Assembly (NCBI GenBank): GCA_963748405.1 | Contig: CAVVIT010000007.1 | Location: forward strand, 402,703-466,702 | Origin: Ignavibacteriota bacterium | GTDB lineage: Bacteria; Bacteroidota; Ignavibacteria; UBA10030; UBA6906 | DNA length: 64,000 bases | Direction of reading: 5' to 3' | Shown: in pieces, positions 1 through 7,982 of the stretch | Numbering within the stretch: position 1 is the first letter of the stretch | Layout: every line of letters begins with the position of its first letter | The notes under the pieces: generated by a model | Databases searched by the model: none | What the model was told of the DNA's origin: nothing | The model's input: only the letters and a program-made list of their open reading frames with translations | Translations under genes and position numbers: made by a program

Positions 1-888
1 GACGTGCGGGTCCTTCATGCTCCCGACGAGCGCCTCGCGGGGGATGGCGAGCGCCTCGTCCCTGGCAAGGGAGACGAACGAAATCCGCCCGAACATCCCC
101 GCGCGCAGGGGATGCTCCCTGCTGTTGTCCATCGTGATCTCGACCGGGTAGGTGTGCCCTTCGTCGGCCTTGGCGCTGATCGACGTCGTCCGCCCTTCGA
201 ACGTGACGCCGGGGTACACGTCGGTCGTTACTTCGACCCTGTCCCCGGTCTTGAGCTTGAACGCGTCCCGTTCGGCGACGTTCAGCTTCACCTTCAGCCG
301 GGAGATGTCGACGACGTTGGCGACGACCATCCGGTCGTTGACCATGGTGCCGAGCTCCACGTTCCGCGCGGAGACGATGCCGGCGATCGGCGTGCAGACC
401 TTCGTGTCGTGGTACTGGCGCCGGGCGACGATGTACTGCGCTTCCGCCACCTTGAAGCCCGTCCACGCGTTTTCCTTCTGCGACTCCGTGGCGGACTGTT
501 CCTCCCTGAGCGACTTGAACCGGTCGAAGTCGCGTTTCGCCCTGTCGTAGTTCGCCTCGGCCTGTTCGAACGCCGCTTTTTTCAGCTCGTCGTCGATCTG
601 GATGATCGGCGAGCCCGCCGCGACGCGGTCGCCGACGGAGGCGAAGACCGCGGTCACCTTCCCGGCGACCTCCGCGGTGACGGCGACGTCGTTGACGGCC
701 GTGATCGTCCCGACGAGCGAGAGTGTCTCCGAGAGCTTCTCCGGCCTGGCCTCGGCCACGGTGACCGGTATCGCCCCCTGGAACTCGTTCCGTGATTTGG
801 CGCTGATGTTCGCCCTGTTGTTCAGAAGCACGAGCACGATGATCGCCAGCCCCGCCACGGCCGCCACAATTGCCCTCGTCCTGTTCAT
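1..888 (-). CDS. Efflux membrane-fusion protein (HlyD/RND periplasmic adaptor family). C-terminus truncated by the window edge.
   Basis: Manual translation of the minus strand from the ATG at 888-886 gives MNRTRAIVAAVAGLAIIVLVLL..., a TM anchor followed by coiled-coil and beta-rich regions typical of HlyD/AcrA adaptors. It has no in-window stop, so it is absent from the ORF track. It sits directly downstream of the TolC-like gene. Confidence 0.7.
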   Translation of the reverse strand, partial: MNRTRAIVAAVAGLAIIVLVLLNNRANISAKSRNEFQGAIPVTVAEARPEKLSETLSLVGTITAVNDVAVTAEVAGKVTAVFASVGDRVAAGSPIIQIDDELKKAAFEQAEANYDRAKRDFDRFKSLREEQSATESQKENAWTGFKVAEAQYIVARRQYHDTKVCTPIAGIVSARNVELGTMVNDRMVVANVVDISRLKVKLNVAERDAFKLKTGDRVEVTTDVYPGVTFEGRTTSISAKADEGHTYPVEITMDNSREHPLRAGMFGRISFVSLARDEALAIPREALVGSMKDPHV

Positions 889-950
889 CGGTATTTCTCC
901 CTCTTCAATTGGAATTCTCGATCTTCAATCTTCCGTCTTCAATTTGTTTT

Positions 951-2315
951 CTATTCTCCTATCGCCTTCGCCAGCCGCGCCTGCGCGAGCTCGAAATCCA
1001 CCAGCGACTGCGTGTACGTCGTCCGGGCCGCGGTGAGCGAGTACTGCGCGTCGATCATCTCCGAATTCAGCACGAGCCCTTCCTTGTAACGCTGCGTCGT
1101 CACACGGTGGTTCTCCTCCGCCCGTGCCAGCGCCTGCTTCGCGACCGCCACCCGTTCCCGGGCCTGCTTCAGCGTGAGGTATGCCTGCGTGACGTCGAGC
1201 GTCACGGCGTCCTGCGTCTGGCCGAACGCCTCCCTCGTCTGGGCGAGCTGCGCCTGCGCCTGGTCGGTCTGGTGCACGGTCGTCCCCCAGTTCCAGATGT
1301 CGAGCGTGACGCTCACGCCGACGTCCCATGAGTCTTTCCAGAGGATCGCCGCCGGCTGGAACCGCTGGTTCGGGTTCGCATAGTAGTAGTTTCCCGTCAG
1401 GTAGATCTGCGGCCACCAGCCCGCCTTTGCGGCCGTGACGCCGGCCTCCCCGGCCTTCACGCGCGCGTCCATCCCCCTGATCTCGGGACGGGCCTCGAGC
1501 CCCTGCATCACGAGCGTGTCGAGCGAGGCGAAGCTCCTCGGCGACTCGGCCACGGGGGAAGCGATGGTGATGTCCGTGGAGAGCGGTATGCCGAGCGTGT
1601 TGTCGAGCGCCACCAGCGCAAGCTGCGCGTTGTTGTTGGCGTCGACCTGGTTGAGCTGCCCGTTGGAGAGCTGGACCTCCGCGGCGAGCATGTCGTTCGT
1701 CGTCGCGAGCCCCTGGTCCTCCAGGTTCTTGACGTCCGTGAGATGCGCCGTGATCTGCTCGACGTTGTCGTCGGCCAGCTTCTTCAGCTCCCTGGCGCGG
1801 AAGAGCGCCCAGTAGGCCGTCTTGATGTTGAACACCAGGTCGGACCGGTCTTTGTTGTAGTCCTGGCTCGAGGCGTCGACGTTCCGGGCCGCCATGTCCT
1901 TGGAGGCGTCAATTCTGAACCCGCTGAACAGGGGATGCTGGATGCCGACCCGGAGGTTGTAATTGTCGACGATCGTCGGCGCGAGCACGAGCGATGCCGG
2001 GAACCCGAACGCCACGGCCGCCGGGGGAATCGCAAAGGCGAACGCCGGCACCTCCGACAGGTGCGCGTACGCCCCGGAGGCCTTCAGGCTCGGGAGCGCC
2101 GAGGCGTTGACCTCGGCGGATCTGGCGTCGGCGTACTGGACTTTGCTCGCCGACTGCCGGAGCATCTTGCTGTTGTCGAGCCCGATCTGGACCGCCTGTT
2201 CCACGGTCAGCGACCGGGTCTGCTGGGCCGGTGCCGGGAGGGCGGAGAGGAGAGCAAGGGGTAGGGAAATGAGAAGAACTCGTGATGTCATCGTGTGTCG
2301 CTCCTTCAAGTGCAT
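951..2315 (-). CDS. TolC-like outer membrane efflux protein
   Basis: 454 aa with a signal peptide (LLISLPLALLSALPAPAQQ) and two repeats of the OEP coiled-coil/beta pattern. It lies adjacent to the membrane-fusion protein gene. Confidence 0.85.
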   Translation of the reverse strand: MHLKERHTMTSRVLLISLPLALLSALPAPAQQTRSLTVEQAVQIGLDNSKMLRQSASKVQYADARSAEVNASALPSLKASGAYAHLSEVPAFAFAIPPAAVAFGFPASLVLAPTIVDNYNLRVGIQHPLFSGFRIDASKDMAARNVDASSQDYNKDRSDLVFNIKTAYWALFRARELKKLADDNVEQITAHLTDVKNLEDQGLATTNDMLAAEVQLSNGQLNQVDANNNAQLALVALDNTLGIPLSTDITIASPVAESPRSFASLDTLVMQGLEARPEIRGMDARVKAGEAGVTAAKAGWWPQIYLTGNYYYANPNQRFQPAAILWKDSWDVGVSVTLDIWNWGTTVHQTDQAQAQLAQTREAFGQTQDAVTLDVTQAYLTLKQARERVAVAKQALARAEENHRVTTQRYKEGLVLNSEMIDAQYSLTAARTTYTQSLVDFELAQARLAKAIGE

Positions 2316-2711
2316 TCAGTGTGTGCCTGTGTCCCTGATGTCCGATCTGCTTCTGACGACGTCGCGGAGCACGTCCGCCACTTTGCCGAATTCCTGCGTC
2401 TTGTCGAAGAAGTATTCCGCCCCGGCTTCGTGGCTTTTTTTCCTGAGCTGGGGGAGGGGATGGTTCGTCAGTATCACGACGATCGTCGAGGGGCGTTCCC
2501 GCTTGATCGCCTCGAGGACGTCGATGCCGCTCCCTCCGGGCATCAGGAGATCGAGGACCACGACGTCGGGATTCACCCGGCGGAATGTCTCGATCCCCCC
2601 CGGGACGTCGCAGGCCTTGCCGGCGATTTCGATTCCCTCGATGCTGCCGAGCCGGCAGCAGAGCCGTTCCCGGAGTATGAGGGAGTCGTCCACGATCAAT
2701 ACGCGCACCAT
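2316..2711 (-). CDS. Single-domain response regulator (CheY-like receiver only)
   Basis: 131 aa. Motifs VLIVDDS, the phospho-acceptor VVVLDLLMPGGSG and VVILT..K are present. There is no output domain. Confidence 0.85.
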   Translation of the reverse strand: MVRVLIVDDSLILRERLCCRLGSIEGIEIAGKACDVPGGIETFRRVNPDVVVLDLLMPGGSGIDVLEAIKRERPSTIVVILTNHPLPQLRKKSHEAGAEYFFDKTQEFGKVADVLRDVVRSRSDIRDTGTH

Positions 2712-2788
2712 GTGTGTCCCGGTCTGTTAACGGATGGTGCAATATAGAGTTTCACGGCCGGGCCGACAATTGGTAAAAGGCGGTTTTT

Positions 2789-2810
2789 CCTGTAGTCCGG
2801 GGACTACAGG
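2789..2810. promoter_or_regulatory. Perfect 22-bp palindrome (CCTGTAGTCC-GG-GGACTACAGG). It is flanked by GGCGGT (2779-2784) and ACCGCC (2814-2819).
   Basis: Read directly in the intergenic region between the NarL-type RR gene and the orphan REC gene. It could be an operator or a terminator hairpin. Confidence 0.5.
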
Positions 2811-2893
2811 AACACCGCCCTGCGGTGCCGTCTTTCCCTATGACGTTCGTCCGGAATGAATATTGCATCCAGGGGGGGAAACAGGGGGTTTGT

Positions 2894-2909
2894 GCGCGCC
2901 GGGGCGCGC
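2894..2909 (-). terminator. GC-rich hairpin (GCGCGCC-GG-GGCGCGC) immediately 3' of the RR gene stop codon
   Basis: Inverted repeat seen in the sequence. No U-tract follows it, so this is a weak terminator call. Confidence 0.3.
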
Positions 2910-2914
2910 GAGCG

Positions 2915-3550
2915 TCAGCGGGGGAGGAGCCGGTGCCGGGTTGCGTAATGCGAGATTTCGACGTCGTTCTTGAGCGAGAGTTTTTCCATGATCCTGTCGC
3001 GGTAGGTCCGGACCGTTTTCACGCTGAGCGAGAGCTCGAGGGCGATCTCCTGTGCGGTTGTTCCCGCGGCCAGGCGCAGGAGCACCTGGTACTCCCGGTC
3101 CGAGAGAGCTTCGTGGCCGGTCCTGCCGGTGTCGGAGGCGAGGTCGCCGGCGAGCTTCTCGGCGAGCGCCGGGCTCACGTACCTCCCGCCGGAGCATACC
3201 TTCCGGATCGCGCTCACGAGCTCCGTCGTCGCGCTCTCCTTCATCAGGTAGCCGGCAACGCCGGCTTTGAGGAGTCTCGGCGCAAGCTCCGACTCGGGGT
3301 GCATGCTCAGGACGAGGACCGGGAGCGACGGCCTCTCGCGCCGGATCTCCTTGATCACGTCGATACCGCTCTTTCCCGGCATCGAGAAATCAAGTATCAC
3401 GATGTCCCACGTCTCGGCCGCGACGCGTGCGATGACCTCGTCCCCGTCCAGTGCTTCGCCGGCGACCTTCATGTCGGGGGATTTCTCGATCACCTGCTTC
3501 AGCCCGGCGCGGACAATCGGGTGGTCGTCGGCTATGAGTATCTTGATCAT
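2915..3550 (-). CDS. NarL/FixJ-family response regulator (REC + LuxR-type HTH)
   Basis: 211 aa. Motifs ILIADDHPIVR and ILDFSMPGKSG are present. The C-terminal LSDREYQVLRLAAG..TAQEIA..LSVKTVRTYR segment is a LuxR HTH. Confidence 0.9.
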   Translation of the reverse strand: MIKILIADDHPIVRAGLKQVIEKSPDMKVAGEALDGDEVIARVAAETWDIVILDFSMPGKSGIDVIKEIRRERPSLPVLVLSMHPESELAPRLLKAGVAGYLMKESATTELVSAIRKVCSGGRYVSPALAEKLAGDLASDTGRTGHEALSDREYQVLLRLAAGTTAQEIALELSLSVKTVRTYRDRIMEKLSLKNDVEISHYATRHRLLPR

Positions 3551-5028
3551 GCGCGGGGAGGGACGATGGACTCTGCGGGATGAGGCTCCGGCTCCGCCGC
3601 GGGAGGGAGCGTGAGCGTGACGGTGGTTCCCCCTTCCGGGGCTTTCGAGAGCGTGACCTCTCCCCCGAGGATCAGCGCCCGTTCCTTCATTCCCATGATG
3701 CCGAACGAACCGGGAGCACCGATCTGGTCTTCCGTCACCCCTTTGCCGTCGTCACGGACGGTGAGCAGGAGCGTCCCCCGGCTGATCTCCATGGCGATCT
3801 CGACGCGTGTTGCCCCGGCGTGCCGGGCGACGTTCGTGAGCGCCTCCTGGACGATCCTGTACACGGCGGTCGCCCTGTCGCGGTCGGTGAGCTCTTCCGC
3901 CCCCCGGAACCGGATCTCGCAGGCGATCCCCGTCCTGTGCTGGAAGTCGTCCGCCAGCCACTCGACGGCGGCGTTCAGCCCGAGGCTGTCCAGGAGGACG
4001 GGTCGGAGCTGCGTGATGATCCGTCTCATCGTCTGCACGGTGGTGTCGATGAGCGCGGACATCGATTCGAGCTTCTCCACGATGATGTCCCTCAGGGGCC
4101 CGGCGTCCCCGGCCGGGAGCACCTCTTCGAACGACGCGATGTCGAACTTGAGCGCCGTCAGGGCCCCCCCCAGCTCGTCGTGTATCTCCCGCGCGATCGC
4201 TCCCCGCTCGGATTCGCGCGCCGACTGGAGGTGCGTCGAGAGGCGCCGGAGCTGCTCCCGTGAGGCGCGGATCTCCTCGTATGCCCGCACCCTGTCGCTG
4301 ATGTCCCTGAGTATGACCTGGGAAGCGGGGAGGCCTCCGTACGTGATCCGCGAAGCGATGGCCTCAAGGTAGAATTCCTGCCCGTCCCCCCGCGTCGCCT
4401 TCACGAGGAGCGGTCCTTCCTTCTGGACTTCGTCGGGACTCGCCGTCATGCGGCGGAGAACGTCGTCCTTGTACGCGGGGGGGACGAATTCGAGGAACAG
4501 CCGGCCGATAAGCGCCTCGCGCGATTGTGCCAGGAGGAGCCGGACGGTGGCTTCGTTGACGTACACGATGGTGCCGGCGGCATGCACGACGATGGCTTCG
4601 GGAGAGAGGTCCACGAGCGCCCGGTACCGCTCCTCGCTCTCGCGCCTCGCGTTTTCGAGGTTGACCCGTTCGCTCACGTCCCGGACGACGCTGATCACCA
4701 TCGTCCCCCCGGGAGCTGCGACCGGGCTGAGGCTGATGTCTGCGGGGAACTCGGAACCGTCTTTGCGCCTTCCCGGGAACGTTCCCCCGGAGCCCATGGC
4801 GCGCACCGTTGAAAGGGAGTAGTACCGCGTCCGGTGCGCACGGTGGTTCTCACGCGAGCGGTCCGGGACGAGCAGTTCGACCGGCTTCCCCTGGAGCTCC
4901 CCTCTATTATATCCGAAGAGGACGTACGCCTTGCTGTTCGCCCCGGTGATGACTCCGTGTTCGTCCGTCAGAACGACAGCGTCGGGGAGATACTCGCACA
5001 CGGCTATGACTTCCCGGGGATCCGTCAT
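3547..5028 (-). CDS. Sensor histidine kinase (PAS-PAS-HisKA_3-HATPase_c)
   Basis: 493 aa. Two PAS-like segments are followed by the H-box REIHDELGG and the N/G boxes of a NarX-type kinase. Its stop overlaps the RR gene start. Confidence 0.85.
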   Translation of the reverse strand: MTDPREVIAVCEYLPDAVVLTDEHGVITGANSKAYVLFGYNRGELQGKPVELLVPDRSRENHRAHRTRYYSLSTVRAMGSGGTFPGRRKDGSEFPADISLSPVAAPGGTMVISVVRDVSERVNLENARRESEERYRALVDLSPEAIVVHAAGTIVYVNEATVRLLLAQSREALIGRLFLEFVPPAYKDDVLRRMTASPDEVQKEGPLLVKATRGDGQEFYLEAIASRITYGGLPASQVILRDISDRVRAYEEIRASREQLRRLSTHLQSARESERGAIAREIHDELGGALTALKFDIASFEEVLPAGDAGPLRDIIVEKLESMSALIDTTVQTMRRIITQLRPVLLDSLGLNAAVEWLADDFQHRTGIACEIRFRGAEELTDRDRATAVYRIVQEALTNVARHAGATRVEIAMEISRGTLLLTVRDDGKGVTEDQIGAPGSFGIMGMKERALILGGEVTLSKAPEGGTTVTLTLPPAAEPEPHPAESIVPPRA

Positions 5029-5135
5029 GTCCTAAGTTACAAAAACCGGGTGAAAACACCAAAAGCACAATATTTTCACTATATTGAGCGCTGGCCGGAA
5101 AGGCCGGACGTTCGATCACACACATCCATCCCACG

Positions 5136-6515
5136 ATGGGCAACCGGACATTCACAACCCTGATCCTGATTCTGCTGGTGAGCCCGGCATCATTTGCTCA
5201 GGGAGAAAGTCCCCTCGAGCGGTCGTTCCGGGAGAGTCTCCGCCGCACGACGGATTCGACGATCGCCGTGGACCGCTCGTACGCGGACACCGTTCTCGCT
5301 CACGGCGATGCGGCGACGGCGGGCGCGCTTGCGCTGCTCGGGTCATGCATCGATTCACTCGTGAAGGCGTCGGAGGATTCTCTCGACGGGCCGGCGAAGC
5401 TCAGGATACGATCGACGGAGCTTTCCATGCGCACGACGATCGGCGTCCTGGGATTCCCCGTGAGGCTGGCCGTCCAGTCGCTCCGCCGTTCGTTCGAGAA
5501 GGAACTCCCCGCGATGATGGGCCGGATGAGCGTCTGCGCCGGCTGCTCGACCCCCGGCGCGTACGAGGCGGCGAGGGGCGTCTTTGCGGAGGCGGCCGAC
5601 AGCCTCCTCGGCGCGTGCGCCGATTCGATGGCGTCGCTCGTCGAATCGTGGGAGAATGCCCTTGACGATTCGGTCGTGTCGTTCACCGATTCGGTGCTCT
5701 ACGAGATCGAGATATTCAAGTCCGGTTATGTCGATCCGCGCGAGACGGAATCGGTCTCCCGGCTCGTCGCGAGCGGAAGCATACAGACGCACACGTCGTA
5801 CCGGGGGCGTGACAACGGCGTGAACGAGTCCGCGTTCGGCCCTTCGCTGACGTACCATCACAGGAGCGGCCTCTATGCCGGGGGCGCCGTCGGATGGGTC
5901 AGCCATCCGGGATCGGGACCCGACGACGTGAGCCTGAGCGCGGGATACGAGTTCGACGCTTCGTCGTCGTTCGATGGTTCGGTGGCGTACACGCGTTACT
6001 GGTATTCGGACAGCAGCACGCGCCCGCAGGCGGTCACGAACCAGAACCTCGAGGGAATGTTCACGCTGGATCTCGACGCGGTGAGCCTGACGGGGACGCT
6101 TGCGTATGATTTCGGGGGAGGGAGCGGGGGGGCGGAGTTCACGACGTCGCTCGACGCATCGAAGGACATCCTGGTCCCGGGACGCGTCCTCGGCGGAAGC
6201 CTTCTGCTCGCCCCGACGGTGACCGCGACGTGGGGGGACCAGGACGAGCGGCTTCTCCAGAAGCGGCTGGCGCGGGTCAAGAAGAAGGTCGTCGTCGTCA
6301 AAAGCGCAAAGCCCACGCTGATGTTCGGCATACTGGACTACGAGTTCTCGTTCCCCGCCCGGCTTCACGCGGGGAAATTCAGTTTCGAGCCCGCGTTCGG
6401 GTACGTCATACCTGTCAATGTCCTTGACAGCGGGCGCACGCTCCTGAACAAGGATCCCAGTACCTCCACTCCCTACGCGAGCTGCTCGCTCACGGTATCG
6501 ATGACCGTCCAATGA
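5136..6515 (+). CDS. Secreted hypothetical protein (helical N-half, beta-rich C-half). Possibly an outer-membrane protein.
   Basis: 459 aa. The signal peptide is MGNRTFTTLILILLVSPASFAQ. The C-terminal half has alternating hydrophobic residues and Gly/Ser/Thr-rich strands and ends ..FSFEPAFGYVIPV. Its stop overlaps the RNase gene start (ATGA at 6512-6515). Confidence 0.5.
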   Translation: MGNRTFTTLILILLVSPASFAQGESPLERSFRESLRRTTDSTIAVDRSYADTVLAHGDAATAGALALLGSCIDSLVKASEDSLDGPAKLRIRSTELSMRTTIGVLGFPVRLAVQSLRRSFEKELPAMMGRMSVCAGCSTPGAYEAARGVFAEAADSLLGACADSMASLVESWENALDDSVVSFTDSVLYEIEIFKSGYVDPRETESVSRLVASGSIQTHTSYRGRDNGVNESAFGPSLTYHHRSGLYAGGAVGWVSHPGSGPDDVSLSAGYEFDASSSFDGSVAYTRYWYSDSSTRPQAVTNQNLEGMFTLDLDAVSLTGTLAYDFGGGSGGAEFTTSLDASKDILVPGRVLGGSLLLAPTVTATWGDQDERLLQKRLARVKKKVVVVKSAKPTLMFGILDYEFSFPARLHAGKFSFEPAFGYVIPVNVLDSGRTLLNKDPSTSTPYASCSLTVSMTVQ

Positions 6516-6895
6516 CGAACGTGCTGAAGCGCCTCCTGCTGCTCCTTGCCCTTCTCCCGCTCCCCGTGCGCTCCACGGGCGCGGAGAGGCCCGTTTCCGG
6601 GCCCGCACTTGAATCCCCCCGCGGCGGCCGGGAGAGCGTTCCCGCGTACGCGAAGGACGTCTTTGCGTACGTGCTGAAGCACGGCCGGGCGCCGCGCGGC
6701 TACGTGGGAGACCGCGTGTGGCAGAACAGGGAACACCGGCTTCCCGCCCGTGGTGACTACAGGGAGTACGACGTGCATCCGAAAGTCCGGGGCGTCAACA
6801 GGGGCCCCGAAAGGATCATCGTGGACATCGCCGCCCGGGCAGGCTGGTATACGGGCGACCATTACCGCACATTCATCATGATGCCAGGGCAATGA
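6512..6895 (+). CDS. Secreted barnase/RNase Sa-family guanyl-specific ribonuclease (microbial RNase N1/T1 fold)
   Basis: 127 aa with a signal peptide. Motifs YREYDVHP..RGVNRGPERIIV..YTGDHYRTF align with RNase Sa YHEYTV..RTRGTRRIIC..YTGDHYATF, so the catalytic Glu, Arg, Arg and His are conserved. Confidence 0.85.
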   Translation: MTNVLKRLLLLLALLPLPVRSTGAERPVSGPALESPRGGRESVPAYAKDVFAYVLKHGRAPRGYVGDRVWQNREHRLPARGDYREYDVHPKVRGVNRGPERIIVDIAARAGWYTGDHYRTFIMMPGQ

Positions 6896-7395
6896 CAGGA
6901 CCCCTATCGTGGCCGGCGCTTCTGAAGCGGACTCCCGCCTGGGCCCATCTCGCCGCGGTCCCCAGGACGCGCGTCGAGGAATTCGCCGCAACGGCGCCGC
7001 CGAAAAAGCATGCCGCGGTCCGCATCCTGCGGGGGAAGAAATGCACCGGCAGGGAAGAGCTCCTCGAAGAGTTTGCCCGGGGGCTCGACTTCCCGGACTA
7101 CTTCGGCGGGAACTGGGATGCACTGGAGGACTGCCTGAGGGACCTGGAGTGGCTCTCGGCCGAGGCGTTCGTCCTGATCATCACGAACGCGGAGCAGGTG
7201 CTGAAGAACAGCCCGGGGGAGCTCGTGACATTCGCCGGCATTCTCTCGTCCGCCGCCGCGCACTGGTCCGCCGCCGATCCCCCGGCCTCGTTCCACTGCG
7301 TCTTTCAGTGCGAGCCGGAAAGCGCCGACGACCTGAAACGCCGGCTTGCCGGGGGGGAATCGTCCCCGCCTGAGGCCCCCGGAGAACGCGTCTGA
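6892..7395 (+). CDS. Barstar-like RNase inhibitor (immunity protein) with N- and C-terminal extensions
   Basis: 167 aa. The core DFPDYFGGNWDALEDCLRDLEW matches barstar [20 protein letters not shown], including the Tyr-x4-Asp-x3-Asp interface. Its start overlaps the RNase stop (ATGA at 6892-6895). Confidence 0.75.
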   Translation: MTGPLSWPALLKRTPAWAHLAAVPRTRVEEFAATAPPKKHAAVRILRGKKCTGREELLEEFARGLDFPDYFGGNWDALEDCLRDLEWLSAEAFVLIITNAEQVLKNSPGELVTFAGILSSAAAHWSAADPPASFHCVFQCEPESADDLKRRLAGGESSPPEAPGERV

Positions 7396-7439
7396 TGCAC
7401 TAACCCACAACAACCCACACAACATACGGGAGGCATGCC

Positions 7440-7778
7440 ATGAAGAAACTCTTTCCGATTCTCGTGCTCATCGCGGCGATCCTCGCCGTCGGCCCGCAGG
7501 CCTCGGCGCAGAAGAAAGACGCGAAATCGAAGACCGCGGCGGCAAAGAACGTGGATCCCGCGGTCGGCAAGACTGCGGACGGCAAGACCGTCTATGAAGG
7601 GTCCAAGGGAGGGTTCTATTACCTCACCGACAAGGGTGCGAAATCCTACGTGAAGGATTTTGTCGGAGCGAAGATCGTGGGGAAGACGAAGGACGGCCAG
7701 AACATCTACGAGGGCCCCAAGGGCGGGAAGTTCTACTATACGGCCAAGGGGGACAAGGTGTACATGAAGGGGAAGTAG
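7440..7778 (+). CDS. Small secreted lysine-rich protein with two copies of a DG(K/Q)xxYEG(S/P)KGGxYY repeat
   Basis: 112 aa with a signal peptide ending AQ. The repeats are DGKTVYEGSKGGFYYLTDKGAKSYV and DGQNIYEGPKGGKFYYTAKGDKVYM. Confidence 0.6.
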   Translation: MKKLFPILVLIAAILAVGPQASAQKKDAKSKTAAAKNVDPAVGKTADGKTVYEGSKGGFYYLTDKGAKSYVKDFVGAKIVGKTKDGQNIYEGPKGGKFYYTAKGDKVYMKGK

Positions 7779-7806
7779 CCCTTCTCTGCCGCTGGAGCGG
7801 CATTCG

Positions 7807-7841
7807 CCGGGGGGACCGCGTGCGGCCCCCCCGTTTTTTTG
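7807..7841 (+). terminator. Rho-independent terminator (GC hairpin plus a T7 run)
   Basis: CCGGGGGGACCGC-GTGC-GGCCCCCCCG is followed by TTTTTTT, directly after the 7440..7778 gene. Confidence 0.7.
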
Positions 7842-7853
7842 TGCCCCGCCGGG

Positions 7854-7882
7854 TTGACTTATATTAGGCCATATATTATATT
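7854..7882 (+). promoter_or_regulatory. Sigma70-like promoter (TTGACT, 17-nt spacer, TATATT) inside a ~125-bp AT-rich island
   Basis: Read directly. The island at 7854-7982 is about 30% GC in a genome region of about 67% GC. Confidence 0.45.
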
Positions 7883-7982
7883 TGTCTTAGAAATAAAGGG
7901 CCTTTGCGGAATAATATCGCAATACTGAAGGTCTTTTATCTCTTCCAACGACAAAAAGACGACATACGACAGGATACGAGAA

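Noticed and set aside
4-795. 263-aa plus-strand ORF at the window start
   Set aside because: It lies exactly antisense to a minus-strand reading frame that encodes a clear HlyD/RND membrane-fusion protein. High GC suppresses stop codons in the opposite frame.
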